From an uncultured SAR86 cluster bacterium (lineage in GTDB: Bacteria; Pseudomonadota; Gammaproteobacteria; Magnimaribacterales; D2472): 64,000 nt of DNA. Positions 18,680 to 31,610 of the stretch are shown piece after piece; position 1 is the first letter of the stretch, and each line of letters starts with the position of its first letter. The notes beneath the pieces are model-generated. The model was not told the DNA's origin. It saw only the letters and a list, made by a program, of their open reading frames with translations, and searched no databases. The stretch lies in NCBI GenBank assembly GCA_902593675.1, contig CACJJI010000004.1:77529-141528 (forward strand), given 5' to 3'. Made by a program: the position numbers and the translations under genes.

Positions 18680-20067
18680 CTGCTTTAGGATTTCAAAAGT
18701 TTAAAAAAATTCATATGATCGGTATTGGTGGGTCGGGCATGATTGGCGTTGCTACGATTTTACAAAAAAGAGGTTTTAAAGTTTCAGGTTCAGATCTTGT
18801 TATTACAGACGAGTTAAAGGAATTAAAAAAACTTGGTGCTAAAGTTCAAATTGGTCACGAACCTAGGCTTATTAAGAATGCTGATTTGGTTGTTGCTTCA
18901 TCTGCAATATCTAAGATAAATCCTGAGCTTTCATATGCCAAGAAATCACTATTAACTATTATTCCTAGGGCTGAGATGCTCGGAACTTTAATGAAACCGT
19001 ATCGAAGTATTGCGATTGCTGGCAGTCACGGCAAGACTACTACAACTAGTATAGTTGCAAGTATTTTTAATGCAGCAAATTTAAGCCCTACTTATGTTAT
19101 TGGAGGCCAAGTATTAAGCGTTGGGAGAAGTTCCAATCTTGGGGAGGGTGACTATATCATTGTTGAGGCTGACGAAAGCGACGGATCATTTCTTCATCTT
19201 CAGCCTGATATTGCTGTAATTACAAATATAGACAACGATCATTTGGATTTTTATGAATCAAATCAAGAAAAATTAAATCAATCTTTTATAAGTTTTGCCG
19301 AAAATTTGCCTTTTTATGGTTATATTTTACTCAATTTAGATGACCCAAACATTCGAAAAATCTCTAAAGATATTCATAGAAGGCAAATAACATTTGGTTT
19401 TAGTGCAAAAAATAGATTTCAGATAACCGATATAAATTTAAAAAACGGTGTTCAAAAATTTCAAATAACAGACCATAGCAATAAAAAATATTATAAATTT
19501 TCTACGCATTTAAGTGGCAAACATAATCTATACAATGTTACTGCTGCCATTTGTGTAGCTATTGAAGAAAATATTTCTATAAAGAATATTTCAAAAGGAT
19601 TAAAGGATTTTCAAGGTGTAGGTAGAAGGTTTGAGATTTCAAATCTTAATTTCTATGATAAGCCTCGAATTTTAATCGATGATTATGGTCATCATCCAGT
19701 TGAAATTTCAGCAACCATTCAAGCAATACGCCAAAAATTTCCTCGTAAGAAAATATGCATGATTTTTGAGCCACATAGGTTTACTAGAACCCAACAACTT
19801 TTTAATGATTTTGTAAAAGTTCTCTCCCAAGTAGATAGCTTGCTTCTTTTAGACATATATCCTGCCAGTGAAAAACCAATCAAAGGAATTTCCTCAAAAA
19901 AATTAATTTCTGAGATAGCCAAAAGCCATAAAAATGCTGCATACATTGGAAAGTCTGACCCGTTGGTTTGGTTGCAATCAAATTATGAAAATTTCTCAAT
20001 TTTAATTACACAAGGCGCGGGAACTATATCAAAATTGAATAAAAAGATTAAACATAAGTGGCAATAG
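18676..20067 (+). CDS. murC: UDP-MurNAc:L-Ala ligase
   Basis: IGIGGSGM, AGSHGKTTTT, EADESDGSFL, DDYGHHP, FEPHRFTR. Confidence 0.97.
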   Translation: MTALGFQKFKKIHMIGIGGSGMIGVATILQKRGFKVSGSDLVITDELKELKKLGAKVQIGHEPRLIKNADLVVASSAISKINPELSYAKKSLLTIIPRAEMLGTLMKPYRSIAIAGSHGKTTTTSIVASIFNAANLSPTYVIGGQVLSVGRSSNLGEGDYIIVEADESDGSFLHLQPDIAVITNIDNDHLDFYESNQEKLNQSFISFAENLPFYGYILLNLDDPNIRKISKDIHRRQITFGFSAKNRFQITDINLKNGVQKFQITDHSNKKYYKFSTHLSGKHNLYNVTAAICVAIEENISIKNISKGLKDFQGVGRRFEISNLNFYDKPRILIDDYGHHPVEISATIQAIRQKFPRKKICMIFEPHRFTRTQQLFNDFVKVLSQVDSLLLLDIYPASEKPIKGISSKKLISEIAKSHKNAAYIGKSDPLVWLQSNYENFSILITQGAGTISKLNKKIKHKWQ

Positions 20068-20975
20068 AAAAAATTATAGTTTTGTATGGGGGAGAGTCCT
20101 CCGAGCGAAGCGTATCTTTGGAAAGTGGTAAATATGTATTTCAATCAGTCAAGGATTTGGGCTATGAGGCTGAATTAATTGATTATCCAATTGAGTTTTC
20201 ACCTGAAAAATTTTTGCAAGGTGATTTTGTTTTTATTGCTCTTCACGGTCAGGATGGAGAGTCAGGAGAGCTGCAAAGCTTCTTGCAGCAAAATAATATT
20301 CCGTATACCGGAAGTGGTTATGAAGCTTGTAAAATTACTTGGAATAAAAATACCTTTAAAAAAATCTTAAGAGAAAATAAAATTCCGACCCCAAATTGGA
20401 TTTCTATTCCATCTTTGCATGAATTTAAGAGCACTTTAGATGATTCAATTTTTGATCAATTTAGACCATTCAATGAAATTTTTTTAAAGCCGACAGAGGA
20501 TGGATCAAGCATAGATGTTTTTAAATTATCATCTAATGATGATCTCCAAAAAGCCATTAGCGATAGCTTGGACTCAAAAAGACAATTTATATTTGAAGAA
20601 AGTATAGATTTTAAAGAACTCACCGTTCCTATTCTTAACGGAAAATGTTTACCCCCAGTAGAGATAATAACCAGAGAATCTTTCTATAATTTTAATGCCA
20701 AGTATGTTAATGACGACACTGAGCTTAATGAATTTATAATAACTGATAAAAAGAAAATAGAACTTGAGCAGATTTGCTTAAAAACACTAGATATCATCAA
20801 AGCAAGGGGCTGGTTGAGAGTTGATCTTATGCAAGACAGTAATCAAAATTTTTATGTTCTTGAAGTGAATACAGTTCCTGGGATGACATCTCACAGTTTA
20901 TTTCCTAAATCAGCAGAATCAATTGGCTTATCATATGACGAACTTGTAAATGAAATTATCAATGCTAAAAGCTAG
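20058..20975 (+). CDS. ddl: D-alanine--D-alanine ligase
   Basis: GGESSERSVSL, ALHG..GE.G, FYNFNAKY, LEVNTVPGMT. Confidence 0.96.
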   Translation: MAIEKIIVLYGGESSERSVSLESGKYVFQSVKDLGYEAELIDYPIEFSPEKFLQGDFVFIALHGQDGESGELQSFLQQNNIPYTGSGYEACKITWNKNTFKKILRENKIPTPNWISIPSLHEFKSTLDDSIFDQFRPFNEIFLKPTEDGSSIDVFKLSSNDDLQKAISDSLDSKRQFIFEESIDFKELTVPILNGKCLPPVEIITRESFYNFNAKYVNDDTELNEFIITDKKKIELEQICLKTLDIIKARGWLRVDLMQDSNQNFYVLEVNTVPGMTSHSLFPKSAESIGLSYDELVNEIINAKS

Positions 20976-21597
20976 ATTTTTATTACTCATCGTTACAGCC
21001 AATATTTCATTTGGATGCTCAGACATCTCAAGCCAACAGGCAATTGTATTTTTTGAAAATCCTCAATTTTTGGAGCAAGAGGAGGACCTGCTAATAGCCT
21101 TGGAGGACATAAATTCATATAAAAACCTTTCTGAATTTTTACACAATCAAAATTGGATCAATTCTTTCTTGATTAAGAAAAGTCCTTTGAAGCCTTTAGA
21201 AATATTCATTGAGTCAAAAGAGCCCAAATATATTTGGCAAGAAAAGTTTTATTTAGACGAAAATTTAAGTAAATTTTTATATTTTGAAGAGCATCCAGAT
21301 TTATTGCATTTAAATACACCAATTGAACTGGTTGCTGAGTGGTTGAAAGTTGAAAAGCAGTTTTATGAAGTAACTGAAGGTTTTAATTTAAAAATTTCTT
21401 CCGTTACTTACACTGAAGCGGAGGGTTGGTATTTTAAAACTAGAAATAATATACGAATTAATATGGGTTCTGATCTCTCCTATAAGATATTTGAAAAACT
21501 TTCATTAACTTTAAAATATATTTTCGAAAAAAACTTAACTCCGAGTATTATTGATTTAAGATACAAGGATGGAGCAGCTTTAAATTATGGCAAATAA
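20962..21597 (+). CDS. ftsQ: Divergent, short cell division protein FtsQ (alternative start 20950)
   Basis: C-terminal IIDLRYKDGAA matches the FtsQ DLRY motif; POTRA-end pattern NWI..LEIFIE..P; between ddl and ftsA. Confidence 0.78.
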   Translation: MLKARFLLLIVTANISFGCSDISSQQAIVFFENPQFLEQEEDLLIALEDINSYKNLSEFLHNQNWINSFLIKKSPLKPLEIFIESKEPKYIWQEKFYLDENLSKFLYFEEHPDLLHLNTPIELVAEWLKVEKQFYEVTEGFNLKISSVTYTEAEGWYFKTRNNIRINMGSDLSYKIFEKLSLTLKYIFEKNLTPSIIDLRYKDGAALNYGK

Positions 21598-22816
21598 CGG
21601 AACGAAAGATTCTGACTATGTTGTCGGATTAGACATTGGTACCTCAAAGGTTGTATGTATTATTGGCAAGTATGTTGATCAACATTCATTAGAAGTAGTC
21701 TCGATGGGGTCTTACCCATCGAGTGGGCTTAAAAAAGGGGTTGTAGTAAATATTGATGCAACCACAGACGCAGTTCAAAAATCTATTGATCAGGCGCAGG
21801 CATCATTTGAAGGAAAAATTAAGAATGTATATGTTGGGATTGCTGGCAATCATATTCGTAGTTTAAATTCTCATGGAATAGTAGGCATAAAAGATAAAGA
21901 AGTTGAAGCAAGCGATATAGATAGAGTTATTGAAGCAGCGCAGGCAGTCGCAATTCCATCAGATCAAAGAGTGCTTCATGTCCTACCTCAAGAATATGTC
22001 ATTGATAATCAAGACTCTATTAGAGAGCCACTTGGAATGTCTGGTGTCAGGCTAGAATCTCATGTACATCTAGTGACTTGTGCTAATAATGCTATTCAAA
22101 ATATAGAAAAATGCGTTAAACGATGCGGAATTGGTGTAGATGGTTTTGTTTTGGAGCAATTAGCGAGCTCATATTCAGTATTATCAGAGGATGAAAAAGA
22201 GCTTGGCGTGTGTTTGGTGGATATAGGCGGAGGTACCACGGATATTGCAGTATTTAATTCTGGCTCAATATCATTTACTGGAGTGATTCCAATAGCAGGT
22301 GATCAAGTAACCAGTGACATAGCTGTTGCATTAAGAACTCCTACTGCTCAAGCGGAAGATATTAAGCAAAAGCATGGTTGCGCAGCAGCAGAACTTACTC
22401 AAGATGGCGAAACGCTAGAAGTAATGAGAGTTGGAGGAAGGCCGCCAGAGGATTTATCAAGGCGATCACTAGCTGAAATCATTGAACCAAGATATGTTGA
22501 GCTTTTTGATTTAGTAAAAGCTGAAATTAAACGTAATGGCTTCGAAAATAAAATTCCTGCAGGGATTGTTCTGACTGGCGGCACTTCAAAAATGGAAGGG
22601 GCTGTTGCCTTAGCTGAGTCTATTTTTCAAACCAGCGTAAGACTTGGGATTCCAGAAAAATTTAGCGGAATGGAGGCTGTATTAAAAAATCCAATATATG
22701 CTACTGCATTAGGTTTAGTTGGCTTTGGTTTTGATCAAATTAAGCAAGGCTATACTTTAGAAAATAATAAAAGCTTTTTTGATAAAGCGTTTGGTTTCTT
22801 GAAAAATAATTATTGA
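21587..22816 (+). CDS. ftsA: Cell division protein FtsA
   Basis: VGLDIGTSKV, PLGMSGVRLE, VDIGGGTTD, GIVLTGG, C-terminal amphipathic helix. Confidence 0.98.
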   Translation: MANNGTKDSDYVVGLDIGTSKVVCIIGKYVDQHSLEVVSMGSYPSSGLKKGVVVNIDATTDAVQKSIDQAQASFEGKIKNVYVGIAGNHIRSLNSHGIVGIKDKEVEASDIDRVIEAAQAVAIPSDQRVLHVLPQEYVIDNQDSIREPLGMSGVRLESHVHLVTCANNAIQNIEKCVKRCGIGVDGFVLEQLASSYSVLSEDEKELGVCLVDIGGGTTDIAVFNSGSISFTGVIPIAGDQVTSDIAVALRTPTAQAEDIKQKHGCAAAELTQDGETLEVMRVGGRPPEDLSRRSLAEIIEPRYVELFDLVKAEIKRNGFENKIPAGIVLTGGTSKMEGAVALAESIFQTSVRLGIPEKFSGMEAVLKNPIYATALGLVGFGFDQIKQGYTLENNKSFFDKAFGFLKNNY

Positions 22817-22891
22817 TTGCTGAATGTATTTGGCATAGAATTCACGCTCCTTGGTTTTTTGATGTTCAAAAAATCTTTTAACTCATAAGGA
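22813..22891 (+). promoter_or_regulatory. rpsF promoter and S6:S18-type structured leader
   Basis: TTGATT (22813), 17 nt, TAGAAT (22836); TCCTTG (22848-53) can pair with SD-containing TAAGGA (22886-91) around an inner hairpin. Confidence 0.6.
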
Positions 22892-22896
22892 AAAAC

Positions 22897-23337
22897 ATGA
22901 ATAATTACGAATTAACTCTAATACTCAACCCTGATTTATCTACTAAGTTTGATGAATTTCAAAAAAAGTTTGAAAAAACTTTGACTGATATTGATTTTAA
23001 AATTAAAAAGCTTGAAAATATTGGTCGTAGGCAGCTTGCCTACAGCATTCTCAATCATAACAAAGGTCATTATGCTATTTTTCAGATTGAAGGCCCATCA
23101 GAGTCTGCTTTGAAGTTAGAATCTAAATTAAAATATGATACTTCTGTGATACGTCACCTTTTATTAAAAGTTGACTCTCCATCATTAGAGGATTCATTTC
23201 TACTTGTAGAATCAAGGGAGGTAAAAAAAGCTCCTCCAGAAGAAGATCAACCTCAAGAGAAGCCAAAAGTGACACCAGTAGAAAAAAATGATGTTGATGA
23301 GTTAGCTGATAAAGAAGAAGCAAAGGATGGTGAATAA
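22897..23337 (+). CDS. rpsF: 30S ribosomal protein S6
   Basis: [27 protein letters not shown], acidic tail. Confidence 0.95.
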   Translation: MNNYELTLILNPDLSTKFDEFQKKFEKTLTDIDFKIKKLENIGRRQLAYSILNHNKGHYAIFQIEGPSESALKLESKLKYDTSVIRHLLLKVDSPSLEDSFLLVESREVKKAPPEEDQPQEKPKVTPVEKNDVDELADKEEAKDGE

Positions 23338-23528
23338 TGACTGAATCTAATAGCAAAAACTTTAATTACAAGAATGTTGACCTCCTAAAAAGGTATATTA
23401 CTGAGACAGGAAAAATCATACCTGCAAGAGTTTCTAATATCAGCGCTTCAGAGCAAAGAAAACTTACAAAAGCAATTAAGATCGCTAGATTTTTAGCTTT
23501 ATTACCATACACAGACTCACATAGATAA
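23337..23528 (+). CDS. rpsR: 30S ribosomal protein S18 (short, no Cys)
   Basis: [34 protein letters not shown]. Confidence 0.96.
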   Translation: MTESNSKNFNYKNVDLLKRYITETGKIIPARVSNISASEQRKLTKAIKIARFLALLPYTDSHR

Positions 23529-23531
23529 ATT

Positions 23532-23978
23532 ATGAAAATTATACTTTTAGATAAAATCCTAAAATTAGGTGAAATTGGAGAGGTTGTTGAGGTTAGTTCA
23601 GGATATGCAAGAAATTTTCTCATACCAAAAAAGAAAGCAATGTTTGCCTCTGATGAAAACCTTAAGTATGTTGAGAGCAAAAAAGCAGAACTTGCAGCAG
23701 CCTCAGCTGATGAGGTAGCAAATGCTCAAGGGAAGGCCGATGTATTATCTGGAGCTAAGGTTGAAATTAAAGTCCAAGTAACGGAGGAGGGCGCATTGTA
23801 CGGCTCAGTTGGAACTAGAGAAATTTCTGATGCATTCACTGAAATTGATCATACTGTTGACAAAAGCGTAATTCAATTGCCTGATGGGCCTCTAAAAGAG
23901 CTTGGAGAGTATTCAATAACTTTATTATTCCATCCTGAAGTTTCGTGTGTTGTTGAGGTGTCTGTTCAACCTGAGTAG
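23532..23978 (+). CDS. rplI: 50S ribosomal protein L9
   Basis: MKIILL, GYARNFLIP, LYGSV, PLKELGEY. Confidence 0.96.
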   Translation: MKIILLDKILKLGEIGEVVEVSSGYARNFLIPKKKAMFASDENLKYVESKKAELAAASADEVANAQGKADVLSGAKVEIKVQVTEEGALYGSVGTREISDAFTEIDHTVDKSVIQLPDGPLKELGEYSITLLFHPEVSCVVEVSVQPE

Positions 23979-24014
23979 TTGTTATCTTAATAATATGATG
24001 TAAGAATCATATTT

Positions 24015-25385
24015 ATGTCTAGCAAATCCATAGAAAATACAGAGCAAGTGAGAGAGCTCGAAAGAGCTATCTTAGGTGGACTAATGCTTGAGACCGAAAG
24101 ATATGATGCTGTAAGTGAGATCATTGAATTCAGTGATTTTGAAGGTCAGGATCATCAAAATATTTTTCAGTCAATGGGAGAGCTCGTTAATTCCAATAAA
24201 CCCCTAGACCCTCTTACTGTTTCCGATCGACTTGATAGCAAAAATCTCCTGACAAGAGCGGGCGGTAAGAATTATTTAATTGATTTAGCCTCTACCAGTC
24301 CCTCCGCAGCAAATTTAGAAGCTTACGCTGGGATGATTAGGCAAAAATCTATCTCAAGAAGGCTAATGAAAATCAACTCAGAAATTTCTGAGCTTATTAT
24401 AAATCCTCAAGGCAAAGATGCTGCTGAATTGCTTGACGAAGCTGAAACAAAAATTTTTTCTTTAAATGATGAAGCTAGTAGAACATCGACCAATATTCAG
24501 AAATTAGATGAGTTAATCCCTCAATCAATTGAGAGAATGAATGAAATTGCAAAAAATGGATCATCTCTTCTTGGTGCTTCTACAGGTTACAAGGATCTTG
24601 ATAGTAAGTTACAGGGGCTACAAAAGGGAGACTTGATAATTATTGCTGCTAGACCAAGCATGGGTAAAACAGCATTAAGCATGAATATCGTTGAAAACTT
24701 TGTTCTCAGTAAAGATATTTCTGGTGGTGTTTTAGTATTCAGCCTTGAAATGCCAGCTGAGTCATTAACTACTAGATTATTAGCTAGTAACGCTAAAATT
24801 GATCAACAAAAAGTAAGATCTGCCTCAATGAATCAAACTGACCTCAAAAAGTTTATGGAGTCATCTTCTAAATTAAAAGATTTGCCTCTTTATATTGATG
24901 ATAGTTCAATGCTCTCACCCATGGAGTTGCGAGCAAGAGCTCGCCGAATTGCTAGACAAGAACCTAATGGATTGTCGTTGATAGTCGTAGATTATCTTCA
25001 ATTAATGCAATTGCCTGCTTCACAAGAAAATAGAGTAAATCAAATTTCTGAAATTTCTAGATCTTTAAAAATGCTTGCAAAAGAACTTAATGTTCCCGTA
25101 ATCGCATTATCTCAGTTAAATCGAGCGGTAGAGCAAAGACCCAATAAGCGACCTATTATGGCAGATCTAAGAGATTCAGGTGCAATTGAGCAAGACGCAG
25201 ATGTAATCTTGTTTATTTACAGAGATGAGGTTTATAACGAAGATTCTGAAGAGGGGAATAAGGCAGAAATTATTATCGGTAAACAAAGAAATGGACCAAT
25301 CGGCAAAGTTAATCTTACCTTCCTTAAAGAATTTACAAGGTTTGAAGACTTTGCTGTTGATAGCTATTACGACTCAATCCAATGA
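24015..25385 (+). CDS. dnaB: Replicative DNA helicase
   Basis: AARPSMGKT, FSLEM, VDYLQLM, ALSQLNR, LRDSGAIEQDAD, KQRNGP. Confidence 0.98.
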   Translation: MSSKSIENTEQVRELERAILGGLMLETERYDAVSEIIEFSDFEGQDHQNIFQSMGELVNSNKPLDPLTVSDRLDSKNLLTRAGGKNYLIDLASTSPSAANLEAYAGMIRQKSISRRLMKINSEISELIINPQGKDAAELLDEAETKIFSLNDEASRTSTNIQKLDELIPQSIERMNEIAKNGSSLLGASTGYKDLDSKLQGLQKGDLIIIAARPSMGKTALSMNIVENFVLSKDISGGVLVFSLEMPAESLTTRLLASNAKIDQQKVRSASMNQTDLKKFMESSSKLKDLPLYIDDSSMLSPMELRARARRIARQEPNGLSLIVVDYLQLMQLPASQENRVNQISEISRSLKMLAKELNVPVIALSQLNRAVEQRPNKRPIMADLRDSGAIEQDADVILFIYRDEVYNEDSEEGNKAEIIIGKQRNGPIGKVNLTFLKEFTRFEDFAVDSYYDSIQ

Positions 25386-26431
25386 TTGAGCCAAATTCAG
25401 AGCTTGTAATTGATTATGAGCTTGTAAGAAATAATATCCAATTAATTAAAAGCAACTTGTCTGCAAATTGCAAAACCATGGGTGTTATTAAAAGTAATGC
25501 ATATGGGCATGATCTTGAGATAGCTGCTAAGGCATTAGACGATGCAATTGATGGATATGGTGTGGTTAGAATGGAAGAGGCTCTTAAGATAAGAGAAATA
25601 TCCTCAAAGCCAATCTTGGTAATGCAAGGCGTATATTCATCAGATGCATATGATGCTTTAAAACAAAATAATATATGGTCTGTCATTCATTCCCTATCTC
25701 AATTGCCACTAGCAAAGCAATACCGAGATGATTTGCAGTTTTGGATCAAAGTAAATACTGGCATGAATAGGCTGGGCATTGGACTAGATGAGCTTAATCA
25801 ATTTGAATTACTTCTAAAGAATTCAAATGTTTTGATGACACATTTAGCTTGTGCAGATAAACCAGAAGATGAGTTAAATGATGTTCAATTTAAGAATTTT
25901 GATCATGCCTGGAATCAGATTGAAATAGAAATGCAAAGAAGCGTATTGAATTCTGCTGGAGTATTTAATTTTCCTGATAGAGCATATGATTGGGTTAGGC
26001 CAGGTATTGCTATGTATGGAGGAATTGATTTTTCTGGTTTAATAACAGCTATGACTTTTAGAAGTCAAATTATCTCTATTCAATCGTTAGATAAAAATGA
26101 AAGAATTGGATATGGCGGAAGGGTAATGACAAACAAATCTTCTAAGATTGCTATTGTTTATTGTGGTTATGCTGATGGTTTCCCGCAAACGGCAATAGAT
26201 GGAACACCTGTATTAGTAAATGGCCATCGATCTCAAATTCTTGGAAGAGTTAGCATGGATCTAATTTCAATTGATGTTACTAAAATTCCTGATTGTAAAA
26301 TTGGAGACTGGTGTGAATTATGGTCTCCTGAATTATCTATCTTAGAGAATACGGAAAAGAATGGTTTGCTTTCTTATGAACTTATGACCAAAATGAATCA
26401 AAGAGTAAAACGACACTATTTAAATATATGA
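25382..26431 (+). CDS. alr: Alanine racemase
   Basis: VIKSNAYGH (PLP lysine), NTGMNRLG, VRPGIAMYG, GYADG, GRVSMD. Confidence 0.95.
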   Translation: MIEPNSELVIDYELVRNNIQLIKSNLSANCKTMGVIKSNAYGHDLEIAAKALDDAIDGYGVVRMEEALKIREISSKPILVMQGVYSSDAYDALKQNNIWSVIHSLSQLPLAKQYRDDLQFWIKVNTGMNRLGIGLDELNQFELLLKNSNVLMTHLACADKPEDELNDVQFKNFDHAWNQIEIEMQRSVLNSAGVFNFPDRAYDWVRPGIAMYGGIDFSGLITAMTFRSQIISIQSLDKNERIGYGGRVMTNKSSKIAIVYCGYADGFPQTAIDGTPVLVNGHRSQILGRVSMDLISIDVTKIPDCKIGDWCELWSPELSILENTEKNGLLSYELMTKMNQRVKRHYLNI

Positions 26432-27507
26432 AAATTGATTATTTAAGAAACAACCCTAGAGAAATTCAATTGGAGGAAGATCTTCCTCCATACATGACTG
26501 AAGGTGTGGCTAATGACATTGCAGAAATCTTTAATACTCCTTTATCTGGAGCATATAACTGGGATTACACCGTTCAAGACAATAGGATCAAAAAACTTTA
26601 CGAGCTCGGCAAGGAGCTAAATTGGAATGTTGAGGTTGATATTGATTGGTCTAGACCATTTGAGCCAATGACTGAGCCAACTCCAATATTTTGGGATGAT
26701 TATGTCCCTTATCAAAAATTTTCTGACGATAAAAAAATAGAATTTTTAAATCATCGAATTGCTTGGAGCCAAAGTCAATTTCTTCATGGGGAGCAAGGAG
26801 CTCTTTTGGTTGCATCTCAGCTGACTTCATGCGCTCCAACTTATAATGCGAAACTATATGCTGCATCCCAGACATTTGATGAAGCTAGGCATGTAGAGGC
26901 TTTTAATAAGTATATTCAAACAAGAACAAAGCTTATGTATCCAATAGGCAATGCATTGAAATCAATTTTAGATAAAATTCTTACTGATCCAAGATGGGAT
27001 CTAAAGTTCATTGGCATGCAAATTATTATCGAGGGATTGGCGCTGGCTGCATTTCAAACTTCTAGAGAGCTTACTAAGGATCCAGTCTTGAGAGATATGC
27101 TAGGTTTGATCATAAGAGATGAGGCTAGGCATGTTACCTTTGGAATAAACTATCTAGAAGAATTTGTTGAAACCTTATCAGAAGATGAAAAAGAAGAGCG
27201 TGCACAATTTGCCTATGAAGCATGTTGGTTAAGCAGAGAAAGGCTTGTTTCAATGGATGTTTTTGAACATTTTGGTTGGGATGCTGAGGAAGCTAGACAA
27301 TTTCAATTAAGTTCTGATATTACTAAGCATTTTCAAAAACTGCTTTTTCAAAGAGTTATGCCAAATTTAAGAAGAATTGGTCTATTAAGAGATTCTGTAA
27401 AAGGTAAGTTTGAAGATTTGGGTATCTTAGAGTATGCCGAAGCCAAAAGTGATGCTGATATAGATTGGGCCGATTTATCAAGACCATTGTTTGAAGAATC
27501 TGCTTAA
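26428..27507 (+). CDS. Ferritin-like diiron protein (AurF-like diiron oxygenase family), function unknown
   Basis: Duplicated diiron ligand pattern HGEQGA...DEARH and IIEGLA...DEARH. Confidence 0.75.
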   Translation: MKIDYLRNNPREIQLEEDLPPYMTEGVANDIAEIFNTPLSGAYNWDYTVQDNRIKKLYELGKELNWNVEVDIDWSRPFEPMTEPTPIFWDDYVPYQKFSDDKKIEFLNHRIAWSQSQFLHGEQGALLVASQLTSCAPTYNAKLYAASQTFDEARHVEAFNKYIQTRTKLMYPIGNALKSILDKILTDPRWDLKFIGMQIIIEGLALAAFQTSRELTKDPVLRDMLGLIIRDEARHVTFGINYLEEFVETLSEDEKEERAQFAYEACWLSRERLVSMDVFEHFGWDAEEARQFQLSSDITKHFQKLLFQRVMPNLRRIGLLRDSVKGKFEDLGILEYAEAKSDADIDWADLSRPLFEESA

Positions 27508-27564
27508 CTTAGTTTTTATTAGGACTAGAATCTGATATTCTGTATTCCCATCATAACTTAATAA

Positions 27565-30031
<2,467 letters not shown>

Positions 30032-30032
<1 letters not shown>

Positions 30033-31321
30033 TGTCAATCATTAACTCTATCCAAGCAATTCAGATCATAGATTCTCGAGGAACTCCAACTGTCTCCTGT
30101 AGAGTCATTTTAGATAATGGTATTTATGCAACCTCAATGGTGCCTAGCGGAGCATCTACAGGATCTAGGGAAGCCTTAGAGCTTAGAGATGGTAATTTAG
30201 CTTTTATGGGCAAGGGCGTAAGCATAGCTGTTGCAAATATCAAAGAAGTCATTGCTCCAGCATTAATCGGTATGGATGTTACAAATCAGCAAGAAATTGA
30301 TGAGAAAATGCTTGTTTTGGATGGCACATCATCCAAATCCAAGCTTGGTGCAAATGCTATTTTAGGTGTGTCTTTAGCTGTCTTGAGTGCAGGCTCAAAA
30401 GCATTGAAGCTACCCCTATATAAATATATAAATCAGGTTTTTTTTAACATAAATGGTGACAAGCCAAAGATGCAAATGCCAACCCCAATGTTAAATATTA
30501 TTAACGGTGGAGAACATGCTAATAATAATATTGATATTCAGGAATTTATGATCATGCCCATTGGGGCTGATAATTTCTCTCAAGCCATGCAATGGGCAGC
30601 AGAGATATACTCTGATCTGAAGAATATTTTAAACTTAAAAGGTTTAAGCACCAGTGTTGGTGATGAGGGAGGTTTCGCTCCCAATCTAAAGTCGAATCAA
30701 GAAGCTATAGAGCTTATCATTCAAGCTATTCAAAATAATGGTCTCACCGAGGGCAAGGATATTGGAATTGCTTTGGACTGCGCTGCTTCAGAATTTTATA
30801 ATGATGGTATTTACAACCTTGCAAGCGAATCGAATCAGTTAAACTCCAATGAATTCACTAATTATCTTGAAGAGCTTACCCAGAAGTATCCTATCTTTTC
30901 AATAGAAGATGGGATGGATGAGAGTGATTTTGAGGGGTGGAAAAACCTTACTAAGACCTTGGGAGATAAATGCCAACTAGTGGGAGACGATCTATTCGTA
31001 ACTAATTCAATAGAACTTCAAAGAGGGATTGATGATTCTTTGGCAAATTCAATTTTGATTAAATTTAATCAAATTGGAACTATCACTGAAACCATGAAAA
31101 CTATTCATCTGGGCAATATGAATGGATTTAAATCAATTATTTCTCATAGATCAGGAGAAACTGAAGATAGCACAATTGCAGATCTTTGTGTTGGTTTAGG
31201 GACTGGGCAAATTAAAACTGGTGCTCCTTGCAGATCTGACAGGGTGGCAAAATACAATAGATTGCTTTGGATTGAAGCGGAGCAATCTGATCTACCTTTT
31301 GCCAAAAATGTCATTAGTTAA
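30032..31321 (+). CDS. eno: Enolase
   Basis: DSRGTPTV, VPSGASTG, GDEGGFAP, VGDDLFVTN, SHRSGET. Confidence 0.98.
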
Positions 31322-31610
31322 ACTTTTAAATTTAATTCTTCTCTTATTAATTTTTATTGCTATATATAATATTTTTTTTGGTATTGACAGCAAAAGAAAC
31401 TTCTCTGCTCTGCAGCATGAAAATCAAGAACTTCTTATGCAAAATAAAATTATTGGTGAAGAGAATAATCAATTAGAGCTTGAGATCCAGAGCAAACAAA
31501 AGAATGATGCTCATGCAGAAAAATTTGCTAGAGAAGAATTAAATTTAATCTTTGAAAATGAAGACTTTCTCAGATTTAAGGAGACTAATTCTAATGAGCC
31601 TCAAGGATAA
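31308..31610 (+). CDS. ftsB: Cell division protein FtsB (septum formation initiator)
   Basis: TM helix, coiled coil, EKFAREELNLI..NE.F; between eno and ispD; ATG at 31308. Confidence 0.85.
   Translation: MSLVKLLNLILLLLIFIAIYNIFFGIDSKRNFSALQHENQELLMQNKIIGEENNQLELEIQSKQKNDAHAEKFAREELNLIFENEDFLRFKETNSNEPQG

Noticed and set aside
24015-25385. Intein in dnaB (also checked recA)
   Set aside because: Both proteins have normal length and uninterrupted motifs.
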